Notes under the pieces: model-generated
The model's database searches: none
Told to the model about the DNA's origin: nothing
The model's input: the letters and a program-made list of their open reading frames with translations, nothing else
Made by a program: the position numbers and the translations under genes
Virus record (IMG/VR): IMGVR_UViG_2585427782_000003
Span: 1-13,042 of that record
DNA: 13,042 nt
Strand: one strand, 5' to 3'
DNA from: a virus
Taxonomy: Duplodnaviria; Heunggongvirae; Uroviricota; Caudoviricetes
Shown: one piece after another, positions 1 through 7,919 of the stretch
Layout of the letters: every line of letters starts with the position of its first letter
Numbering within the stretch: the stretch's first letter is position 1

Positions 1-221
1 TCCAGGTGACGTTAACCAGTTAACAATTAACGCCGGATACAGAGAATCCACCCATAACACTGTTTTTGGTTTTAACTGTTCCGCGTGCGCTCAGCCGCAT
101 TCACCGCATCACAAAATTCACTTTAAAAAGGGCGGCAGAGCAGTCACGGAGTAAAACTGATACCGCCAAACGTCACCAGAAAATTGATAACAGGGGGCGT
201 TGCAGCGGGGTTGTCACTTAA

Positions 222-237
222 GGAAGGTGCGAATAAG
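222..237. repeat. IS5 left terminal inverted repeat
   Basis: GGAAGGTGCGAATAAG read directly. Confidence 0.85.
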
Positions 238-368
238 CAGGTCATTTCTTCCCAAGCTGACTCGCTGATTAAAATTTCTCGGATCTGGGCCGATTTTTTT
301 CCCGCAAACACATCGAATCAGCCTATTTAGGCTATTTTTTCCACCATTTCTGGCGTTATTTCCGGTTT

Positions 369-1394
<1,026 letters not shown>

Positions 1395-1401
1395 TCAGGA
1401 A

Positions 1402-1417
1402 CTTGTTCGCACCTTCC
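1402..1417. repeat. IS5 right terminal inverted repeat
   Basis: CTTGTTCGCACCTTCC, reverse complement of the left IR with one mismatch. Confidence 0.85.
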
Positions 1418-1593
1418 TTAGGTATTTTAGACGTTACTAGATTAAAGAGCATTAGTTCAGATGTGAATTGACATTTTCATGGCGCAGGGTAGAGCCAGCG
1501 TGGTTGTCCGCTTTGCGTCAAAACCAGATATTACCAGATTTAGACATATATTCCCGATAGCCCTGCTCTGATGCTACACTCTGTGCTATTTTC

Positions 1594-2280
1594 ATGACCC
1601 CAATAAAAATATTTATGACTATTGCTGATTTCAAACGGCCTAAATTGGAGCTCCCAAACGGGGCAAACAAACTACTACTGCACTCTTGCTGTGCTCCATG
1701 TTCCGGTGAAGTGATGGAGGCGCTTCAGGCCTCGGGAATCGACTACACCATCTTTTTCTACAACCCGAACATTCATCCTCAGAAAGAGTATTTAATTCGT
1801 AAGGATGAAAATATTCGCTTTGCTGAACAACACGGCGTGCCGTTTATCGATGCTGATTACGACACCGACAACTGGTTTGAACGTGCCAAAGGAATGGAAT
1901 GGGAGCCTGAGAGGGGGATCCGTTGTACCATGTGTTTTGACATGCGTTTTGAGCGGACAGCGTTGTACGCTGCTGAAAATGGTTTCAGTGTGATCAGCAG
2001 TTCACTGGGCATTTCACGCTGGAAAAATATGCAGCAGGTTAACGAGTGTGGGCGGCGAGCTGTTGCGCATTATCCGGGTATGGTGTACTGGGATTATAAC
2101 TGGCGCAAGCAGGGCGGCTCGTCCCGTATGATTGAAATCAGCAAGCGCGAAAAATTCTATCAGCAGGAATATTGTGGCTGTGTGTATTCTCTGCGCGATA
2201 CCAATCTACACCGCAAATCTCAGGGACGCCCTCTTATCAAAATTGGCCAACTCCACTACGGAAAAGAAGAGAAGGAGTGA
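1594..2280 (+). CDS. queH: Epoxyqueuosine reductase QueH-like protein (DUF208 family)
   Basis: 228-aa ORF with the N-terminal [11 protein letters not shown] cysteine motif and further conserved Cys (CTMCFD, CGC) typical of QueH/DUF208; no obvious Shine-Dalgarno at the annotated ATG. Confidence 0.7.
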   Translation: MTPIKIFMTIADFKRPKLELPNGANKLLLHSCCAPCSGEVMEALQASGIDYTIFFYNPNIHPQKEYLIRKDENIRFAEQHGVPFIDADYDTDNWFERAKGMEWEPERGIRCTMCFDMRFERTALYAAENGFSVISSSLGISRWKNMQQVNECGRRAVAHYPGMVYWDYNWRKQGGSSRMIEISKREKFYQQEYCGCVYSLRDTNLHRKSQGRPLIKIGQLHYGKEEKE

Positions 2281-2517
2281 TTTTATGGATCACCTTTCTG
2301 ATTGATTTCATATTGGCGAGGTGACGTGAGTTAAGTAGAATGGCTGCGGGTGCTTGAGGCTATCTGTCTCAGGCATGAACACTGAAAGGCAGATAGAGAA
2401 AAGCCCCAGTTAACATTTCGCGTCCTGCAAGACGCTTAACATTAATCTGAGGCCCAATCTATGTCTCACAAATGTAGGTTAGCCTCTTACGTGCCGAAAG
2501 GCAAGGGGAAGCAGGCT

Positions 2518-2673
2518 ATGAAGCAGCAAAAGGCGATGTTAATCGCCCTGATCGTCATCTGTTTAACCGTCATAGTGACGGCACTGGTAACGAGGAAAGA
2601 CCTCTGCGAGGTACGACTCCGAACCGGCCAGACGGAGGTCGCTGTCTTCACAGCTTACGAACCTGAGGAGTAA
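2518..2673 (+). CDS. hok: Hok/Gef-family membrane toxin (type I toxin), HokD/RelF-like
   Basis: 51-aa product MKQQKAMLIALIVICLTVIVTALVTRKDLCEVRLRTGQTEVAVFTAYEPEE, one residue different from E. coli HokD as recalled; the six-frame ORF 2461-2673 is an in-frame upstream extension of this. Confidence 0.85.
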   Translation: MKQQKAMLIALIVICLTVIVTALVTRKDLCEVRLRTGQTEVAVFTAYEPEE

Positions 2674-2740
2674 GAGACCTGGCGGGGGAGAAATCCCTCG
2701 CCACCTCTGATGTGTCAGGCATCCTCAACGCACCCGCACT

Positions 2741-2770
2741 TAACCCGGTTCGGCGGGTTTTGTTTTTTTC
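2741..2770 (+). terminator. Intrinsic terminator downstream of hok
   Basis: Hairpin AACCCG/CGGGTT (2742-2759) followed by a T-run TTTTGTTTTTTT. Confidence 0.5.
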
Positions 2771-2840
2771 TGGCATTCTGGTTTACAATTCGCACGTCAG
2801 CCTGAACACCTGACACCTGCTGCGCCAGCAGAGAAAACAG

Positions 2841-3113
2841 ATGGCGCACAAAACCAAATTTCACAATTCTGATACCGACCTTGCCATCCGGCATGGGCGG
2901 CGTTCACACGCATTTAAAACCGACTGGTACCAACACCCACCATGTACTGAAGAACAGGCCGAATGGCTAATTCATAACTACCGCAGACGCGGATACGAGA
3001 TTAAGAAAGCCCTCAGCCTCGATTATCGTCACTGGATAATCTCCGTCAGGCTTCCTTACTCTGAACGCCCACCGCGTCCGTCCCGCACATTCCAGCAACG
3101 CATCTGGAGGTAA
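2841..3113 (+). CDS. Small nin-region phage protein of unknown function (possibly Rem-like)
   Basis: 90-aa ORF immediately upstream of the DUF968-like gene; GGAGG for the next gene overlaps its 3' end; product not recognised with certainty. Confidence 0.6.
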   Translation: MAHKTKFHNSDTDLAIRHGRRSHAFKTDWYQHPPCTEEQAEWLIHNYRRRGYEIKKALSLDYRHWIISVRLPYSERPPRPSRTFQQRIWR

Positions 3114-3114
3114 C

Positions 3115-4170
3115 GTGCGGGTATTACTTCGACCTGTTCTGGTACCGGAACTCGGGCTGGTGATCGTTAAGCCGGGCCGTGAATCCATGCCGGTATTCCA
3201 CAATACCCGGGTACTGGTGGAGCCGGAACCGAAAAGCATGCGTAATCTGCCGTCCGGGGTCGTTCCTGCCGTTCGCCAGCCGCTGGCGGAGGATAAATCA
3301 TTACTGCCATTTTTCAGCGACGAACGAGTGATTCGTGCTGCTGGTGGCGCTGGCGCATTGTCTGACTGGTTACTGCGCCATGTTAAATCCTGCCAGTGGC
3401 CACACGGCGATTATCACCACAGTGAAACCGTCATTCACCGTTATGGTACCGGCGCAATGGTGTTGTGCTGGCACTGCGACAACCAGCTGCGCGACCAGAC
3501 CTCCGAATCACTCGGGCAACTTGCTCACCAAAACCTGTTTGCATGGATGATTGACGTCATACGCCATGCAATGAATGGCTCGCAGGAACGGGAATTATCG
3601 CTGGCTGAATTATCCTGGTGGGCGGTCCGCAATCAGGTGGCGGACGCGCTACCGGAAGCGGTATTACGTCGTTCGCTGGGGTTGCGTGCGGAAAAAATCC
3701 GCTCAATGTACCGTGAAAGCGACATCGTACCGGGAGAGCAGACCGCCACCAGCATACTGAAGCAGCGCACAAAAAATCTTGCGCCGCTGCCTCACGCCCA
3801 CCAGCAAAACCCGCCACAGGAAAAGACGGTGGTCAGCATTGCCGTTGATCCGGAGTCACCGGCTCAGTATCTCCAGCGCCAGAAATCACAACGGGAAGAG
3901 ATGCCTGTATACACGCGTTGGGTAAAAACGCAGAAATGCATGACGTGTGGCAATCAGGCAGATGATCCGCATCACATCATTGGTCATGGACTGGGAGGGA
4001 TGGGAACAAAGGCTGATGATTTGTTTGTTATTCCGCTGTGCCGTAAATGCCATAGCGAACTACACGCCGGGGTAAAAGATTTTGAAGAAAAACACGGCAG
4101 CCAACTGTTGTTGCTGATTCGTTTTTTAATGCACGCGAGAAATTCGGGTGTTTTGAAGTGGAAAGCATAA
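3115..4170 (+). CDS. DUF968/YdfU-like phage protein with C-terminal Cys/His zinc-binding (HNH-like) motif
   Basis: 351-aa ORF starting at GTG 3115, 4 nt after GGAGG (3106-3110); C-terminus contains CMTCGNQADDPHHIIGH...CRKCHSELH; sits upstream of rusA and Q as in Qin-type nin regions. Confidence 0.75.
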   Translation: MRVLLRPVLVPELGLVIVKPGRESMPVFHNTRVLVEPEPKSMRNLPSGVVPAVRQPLAEDKSLLPFFSDERVIRAAGGAGALSDWLLRHVKSCQWPHGDYHHSETVIHRYGTGAMVLCWHCDNQLRDQTSESLGQLAHQNLFAWMIDVIRHAMNGSQERELSLAELSWWAVRNQVADALPEAVLRRSLGLRAEKIRSMYRESDIVPGEQTATSILKQRTKNLAPLPHAHQQNPPQEKTVVSIAVDPESPAQYLQRQKSQREEMPVYTRWVKTQKCMTCGNQADDPHHIIGHGLGGMGTKADDLFVIPLCRKCHSELHAGVKDFEEKHGSQLLLLIRFLMHARNSGVLKWKA

Positions 4171-4551
4171 ATGACTGAACGCATAGAATTTGTTTTGCCT
4201 TACCCGCCAACGGTGAACACTTACTGGCGTCGTCGTGGCAGCACATATTTTGTATCAAAAGCCGGGGAGCGTTATCGCCGGGCAGTGGCGCTTATTGTTC
4301 GCCAGCAGCGGCTGAAATTAAGCCTGTCCGGAAGGTTGGCAATAAAAATTATTGCAGAACCACCGGATAAGCGCCGCCGTGACCTGGACAATATTCTGAA
4401 AGCGCCGCTGGATGCGCTGACGCATGCGGGGTTGCTAATGGACGATGAGCAGTTTGATGAAATCAATATCGTTCGTGCTCAGCCAGTATCTGGTGGACGT
4501 CTGGGGGTGAAGATTTACCCCATAATGCTTGAAGGGCAGGTCAAAAAATGA
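4171..4551 (+). CDS. rusA: RusA-family Holliday junction resolvase
   Basis: 126-aa ORF; N-terminal LPYPPTVNTYWRRRG and central RRRDLDN motifs resemble E. coli RusA; start codon abuts the previous stop (TAAATG). Confidence 0.9.
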   Translation: MTERIEFVLPYPPTVNTYWRRRGSTYFVSKAGERYRRAVALIVRQQRLKLSLSGRLAIKIIAEPPDKRRRDLDNILKAPLDALTHAGLLMDDEQFDEINIVRAQPVSGGRLGVKIYPIMLEGQVKK

Positions 4552-5369
4552 AACTGGAAGATTTACCGAAATACTACTCCCCAAAATCCCCCGGCCTGAC
4601 TGATGCATCGGCCTCAACGTCGAAAGATGCGCTGAGTATCACTGATGTGATGGCCGCGCAGGGCATGACACAGAATCGGGCTGAGATGGGGTTTTCTGCG
4701 TTCCTTGGGAAAATGGGCATTAGTATGAATGACAGAGAGCGGGCAACAGAATTGCTGACAGAATATGCACTCAGTCGGTGTGATCGCGTGGCGGCGTTAA
4801 GAAAACTCCCGGCAGAAATAAAACCGGTAGTGATGCGCATTATGGCTTCGTACGCTTTTGAGGATTATGCCCGCAGCGCAGCGAGTAAAAAGCAGTGCCC
4901 TTGTTGCTATGGGGAAAAATTTATTGAAAGCGTAGTTTTTACAAACAAGGTCCAGTATCCGGATGGTAAGCCGCCGGTATGGGCAAAGTGTACGAAAGGT
5001 GTGTATCCGTCTTACTGGGAAGAATGGAAAAAAGTCAGGGAGGTGGTAAAAGTTGCCTGTCCGGAGTGTGGCGGAAAGGGTGAGGTTTCCACCGCCTGTA
5101 AGGATTGCCGTGGGCGTGGTGTCGCCATTCATCGTGAAGAGTCGGTAAAACGTGGTATGCCTGTTATCAGAGACTGCCAGCGTTGTGGTGGTCGTGGCTG
5201 TGAAAGGCTACCATCAACGGAGGCATTTAATGCCATATGCAAAGTGACGAGTGCTATCACGCTTGATACGTGGAAAAAATCAGTGAAACGCTTTTACGAT
5301 ACGTTGGTGGTTCGGTTTGACATTGAAGAGGCATGGGCGGAGCGGCAGTTAAAGAGGGTAACGCGATAG
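4548..5369 (+). CDS. Late-gene antiterminator Q-like protein with DnaJ-type zinc-finger repeats
   Basis: 273-aa ORF overlapping the rusA stop (ATGA); carries CPECGGKG, CKDCRGRG and CQRCGGRG (CxxCxGxG) repeats plus CPCCYGEK; lies immediately upstream of a lambda PR'-like promoter, which is the main basis for the Q assignment. Confidence 0.7.
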   Translation: MKLEDLPKYYSPKSPGLTDASASTSKDALSITDVMAAQGMTQNRAEMGFSAFLGKMGISMNDRERATELLTEYALSRCDRVAALRKLPAEIKPVVMRIMASYAFEDYARSAASKKQCPCCYGEKFIESVVFTNKVQYPDGKPPVWAKCTKGVYPSYWEEWKKVREVVKVACPECGGKGEVSTACKDCRGRGVAIHREESVKRGMPVIRDCQRCGGRGCERLPSTEAFNAICKVTSAITLDTWKKSVKRFYDTLVVRFDIEEAWAERQLKRVTR

Positions 5370-5374
5370 TGTTG

Positions 5375-5430
5375 TTGATTTTTCCCGAATCTGTGGTAAA
5401 TTTGCTCTAACGATGGGCGTTTTATGCCTG
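5375..5430 (+). promoter_or_regulatory. PR'-like late promoter with putative qut site
   Basis: TTGATT (5375-5380), 16-nt spacer, TAAATT (5397-5402), then TTGCTCTAACGATGGG, which closely resembles the lambda PR' -10/initial transcribed region as recalled (GGGTAAATTTGACTCAACGATGGG). Confidence 0.55.
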
Positions 5431-5451
5431 ACGTTAGAAGATTTTTTACAC

Positions 5452-5473
5452 CCCGCCGCCTGGCGGGTTTTTT
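5452..5473 (+). terminator. tR'-like intrinsic terminator
   Basis: Hairpin CCCGCC-GCCT-GGCGGG (5452-5467) followed by TTTTTT (5468-5473), about 50-65 nt downstream of the putative PR' start. Confidence 0.6.
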
Positions 5474-5595
5474 ATGACTGAAATCGCGTCAGTACAGTAA
5501 ACGCGCTGGTGGCGGTGAATACCTGTCTTTCAGCTTGCTGGCTTTTTCGACAAGAGTTATTGGTGTGTCACGTTAACCGGAAAAGGGAAAAAGAC

Positions 5596-5793
5596 ATGCT
5601 AAAACAGCAGGATATGACAGAAACCGCCAGAGTAGTGTTTAATGAATTAAGCGTTACCGAACCGGCGACAGTCGGGGAGATTGCACAGAATACTTACCTT
5701 TCACGCGAACGCTGCCAGTTAATACTGACCCAGCTGGTTATGGCGGGTCTGGCAGACTATCAGTTCGGTTGTTACAGACGCCTTCCGCAGTGA
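5596..5793 (+). CDS. Small hypothetical protein, possible winged-helix/HTH DNA-binding protein
   Basis: 65-aa ORF from ATG 5596 with AGGGA 7 nt upstream (six-frame ORF 5509-5793 is the longer in-frame version); helix-turn-helix-like stretch TVGEIAQNTYLSRERCQLILTQL; terminator overlaps its stop. Confidence 0.5.
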   Translation: MLKQQDMTETARVVFNELSVTEPATVGEIAQNTYLSRERCQLILTQLVMAGLADYQFGCYRRLPQ

Positions 5794-5807
5794 AGGCTTT
5801 TTTATTT
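5780..5807 (+). terminator. Intrinsic terminator
   Basis: Hairpin GCCTTC-CGCAGT-GAAGGC (5780-5797) followed by TTTTTTATTT. Confidence 0.55.
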
Positions 5808-5943
5808 GTGGTAAATGGGCGGCTGGTGGGTGTTAGGGGCACCCACCAGCCATCTGCTCATGCGTTGGGTTCACAAGCAAACCTCAGGCCCACTGCTTTG
5901 CGCAAAAGCAGAATGAGCCTATCAGAGACAGGCTTAATGATCC

Positions 5944-6993
5944 ATGCTTAATACTGTAAAAATATCCAGTTGTGAGTTAATCAACGCCGACTGCCTGGAA
6001 TTTATCCGGTCGTTACCCGAAAATTCTGTTGACCTGATAGTTACGGACCCGCCGTACTTTAAAGTGAAGCCTGAGGGCTGGGATAACCAGTGGAAGGGCG
6101 ACGATGATTACCTGAAGTGGCTGGACCAGTGTCTGGCGCAGTTCTGGCGGGTGCTGAAACCTGCCGGAAGTCTTTACCTGTTCTGTGGTCATCGCCGGGC
6201 ATCTGATATCGAAATCATGATGCGTGAACGCTTCAGTGTGCTGAACCATATTATCTGGGCGAAGCCGTCCGGACGCTGGAACGGATGCAACAAGGAAAGC
6301 CTGCGGGCGTATTTCCCCGCCACAGAGCGCATTCTGTTCGCGGAACATTATCAGGGGCCGTATCGTCCGAAAGATGCCGGGTATGCGGCGAAGGGCAGTG
6401 CACTGAAACAGCATGTGATGGCCCCGCTGATTTCTTACTTTCGTGATGCGCGCGCGGCCCTGGGGATAACGGCAAAACAGATTGCAGATGCCACAGGAAA
6501 GAAAAACATGGTGTCGCACTGGTTCAGTGCCAGTCAGTGGCAGCTACCGAACGAAAGCGATTATCTGAAATTACAGTCGCTGTTTGCCCGGGTGGCAGAA
6601 GAGAAACATCAGCGCGGTGAACTGGAAAAGCCCCACCACCAGCTGGTGGATACGTATACGTCACTGAACCGGCAGTATGTGGAGCTGCAGAGTGAATATA
6701 AGCATCTGCGGCGGTATTTTGGTGTGACGGCGCAGGTGCCGTACACGGATGTGTGGACACATAAACCGGTGCAGTTCTATCCCGGGAAACATCCGTGCGA
6801 AAAACCGGCAGAAATGCTGCAGCAGATAATCAGCGCAAGCAGTCGTCCGGGTGACCTGGTTGCAGATTTTTTTATGGGCTCAGGTTCAACGGTAAAAGCT
6901 GCACTGGCGCTCGGGCGTCGTGCGATTGGCGTTGAACTGGAGACCGGACGTTTTGAGCAGACAGTCAGGGAAGTTCAGGATTTAATCGTTTGA
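5944..6993 (+). CDS. Orphan DNA amino-methyltransferase, beta class (probably N6-adenine)
   Basis: 349-aa ORF with catalytic motif IV DPPY near the N-terminus (IVTDPPYF) and SAM-binding motif I FFMGSGST near the C-terminus, the beta-class order; no restriction endonuclease gene adjacent. Confidence 0.85.
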   Translation: MLNTVKISSCELINADCLEFIRSLPENSVDLIVTDPPYFKVKPEGWDNQWKGDDDYLKWLDQCLAQFWRVLKPAGSLYLFCGHRRASDIEIMMRERFSVLNHIIWAKPSGRWNGCNKESLRAYFPATERILFAEHYQGPYRPKDAGYAAKGSALKQHVMAPLISYFRDARAALGITAKQIADATGKKNMVSHWFSASQWQLPNESDYLKLQSLFARVAEEKHQRGELEKPHHQLVDTYTSLNRQYVELQSEYKHLRRYFGVTAQVPYTDVWTHKPVQFYPGKHPCEKPAEMLQQIISASSRPGDLVADFFMGSGSTVKAALALGRRAIGVELETGRFEQTVREVQDLIV

Positions 6994-7042
6994 AACGGAT
7001 GAGATTGCAGAATTAATTACGCACCGTTATTATGCGGCTCCC

Positions 7043-7118
7043 GGCCCTTTAGCTCAGTGGTGAGAGCGAGCGACTCATAATCGCCAGGTCGCTGGTTCAA
7101 ATCCAGCAAGGGCCACCA
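7043..7118 (+). tRNA. ileZ: tRNA-Ile2 (anticodon CAU, lysidine type; reads AUA)
   Basis: 76-nt cloverleaf: acceptor GGCCCTT/AAGGGCC, D-arm GCTCAGTGGTGAGAGC, anticodon loop CTCATAA, T-arm GGTTCAAATCC, 3' CCA; close to E. coli ileX as recalled. Confidence 0.9.
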
Positions 7119-7125
7119 TCACATA

Positions 7126-7202
7126 CCGCCATTAGCTCATCAGGATAGAGCGCCAGCCTTCGAAGCTGGTTGCGCGGGGTTCGAGTCCTCGATGGCGGTC
7201 CA
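7126..7202 (+). tRNA. argN: tRNA-Arg (anticodon UCG; reads CGA/CGG)
   Basis: 77-nt cloverleaf: acceptor CCGCCAT/ATGGCGG, anticodon stem CCAGC/GCTGG with loop CTTCGAA, T-loop TTCGAGT, 3' CCA. Confidence 0.8.
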
Positions 7203-7215
7203 TTATCTGTACCCT

Positions 7216-7292
7216 GCGTTGTTAGCTCAGCCGGACAGAGCAATTGCCTTCTAAGCAATCGGTCACTGGTTCGAATCCAGTACAACGCGCCA
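7216..7292 (+). tRNA. argO: tRNA-Arg (anticodon UCU; reads AGA/AGG)
   Basis: 77-nt cloverleaf: acceptor GCGTTGT/ACAACGC, anticodon stem ATTGC/GCAAT with loop CTTCTAA, T-arm ACTGG-TTCGAAT-CCAGT, 3' CCA. Confidence 0.85.
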
Positions 7293-7306
7293 CACTTATT
7301 TTCCCT

Positions 7307-7332
7307 GGCTCGCTTTTGCGGGCCTTTTTTTT
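7307..7332 (+). terminator. Intrinsic terminator after the tRNA cluster
   Basis: Hairpin GGCTCGC-TTTT-GCGGGCC followed by TTTTTTTT. Confidence 0.6.
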
Positions 7333-7528
7333 AAATGTCTCACAATTCAGACGGTTGACTGTTGTCTGGTTGGCGGGGAGTTTGTTAAAAGAAACTGGCA
7401 TGGTGAATCCCCCTGTGCGGAGGGGCAATCAGCGAGTAGGTATATGGGATAATCGCGGATTCAGGTGCTGGTACTGAATTCACCGGGAGGCACCCGGCAC
7501 CATGCAATGGCACATAGCGCCACTCTCC

Positions 7529-7560
7529 AGCCCCTCTCCGGAGGGGCTGTTTATATTGAT
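7529..7560 (+). terminator. Terminator-like hairpin
   Basis: Perfect 8-bp stem AGCCCCTC/GAGGGGCT with loop TCCG, followed by a T-rich tract GTTTATATTGATTTT. Confidence 0.4.
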
Positions 7561-7583
7561 TTTGTCAGATGTGAGTAAACTGC

Positions 7584-7919
7584 TTATGGACTTTGTTGTT
7601 TTAGCCCATAAGGACATATTTGCAGAGTGCAACGGTTATTAAAGCATTCATTCAATACGTTATCTGTATTTGTAGGGCATTCCTGGCTGTTTTTGATTAA
7701 ATTCCAGAATGTTTTATTGAATGGTACTACGTTGTAAATGGTTACAGGTAGCACTTTGTTATTGAGCATGATGCCTGTGTGAGTCAGTGTAAATATACTT
7801 TCAGGAGGTAAGAAAGCATCCGATTGATACCAGATTATTAATTTTATTTTACTCCATATGACTGAAAAAGATATTCCGCATGATGGCTGGATAACTGTAT
7901 CAATCACAATCCACTTCAT
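7584..7919 (-). CDS. Hypothetical protein in the AT-rich cargo slot
   Basis: 111-aa ORF opposite to late transcription; AGGA 6 nt upstream of its ATG (minus strand reads AAGGAAACTAAATG); open frame of 111 codons is unlikely by chance in AT-rich DNA (rough estimate, not computed rigorously); product not recognised. Confidence 0.3.
   Translation of the reverse strand: MKWIVIDTVIQPSCGISFSVIWSKIKLIIWYQSDAFLPPESIFTLTHTGIMLNNKVLPVTIYNVVPFNKTFWNLIKNSQECPTNTDNVLNECFNNRCTLQICPYGLKQQSP

Noticed and set aside
1-154. Open frame running in from the left edge (frame 2, stop at 152-154)
   Set aside because: Only about 50 codons visible, no recognisable motif and no start in the window; cannot tell a gene 3' end from chance.
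1805-1993. 62-aa ORF inside queH in another frame
   Set aside because: Fully embedded in the better-supported queH frame.
2461-2517. 19-codon in-frame N-terminal extension of hok (ORF-track start at 2461)
   Set aside because: Hok family proteins are about 50 aa; the ATG at 2518 gives the canonical product. The extension is kept only as a note in the hok finding.
2967-5132. Alternate-frame and antisense ORFs across the nin/Q genes (2967-3239, 3335-3550, 3557-3817, 3575-3760, 3984-4184, 4028-4258, 4272-4466, 4435-4617, 4574-4840, 4797-5132)
   Set aside because: All overlap the well-supported plus-strand genes (DUF968-like, rusA, Q); compositions are biased (Arg/Pro-rich) as expected for off-frame translation.
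5769-5951. 60-aa plus-strand ORF in the spacer upstream of the methyltransferase
   Set aside because: Spans a terminator and the 12-bp hairpin; no ribosome-binding site; likely noncoding.
6013-6760. Minus-strand ORFs antisense to the methyltransferase (6013-6519, 6251-6475, 6524-6760)
   Set aside because: Antisense shadow ORFs within a gene that has clear catalytic motifs.
7097-7477. ORFs overlapping the tRNA genes and their terminator (7097-7285, 7222-7428, 7244-7477)
   Set aside because: They run through tRNA cloverleaf sequence and a terminator; tRNA calls are far better supported.
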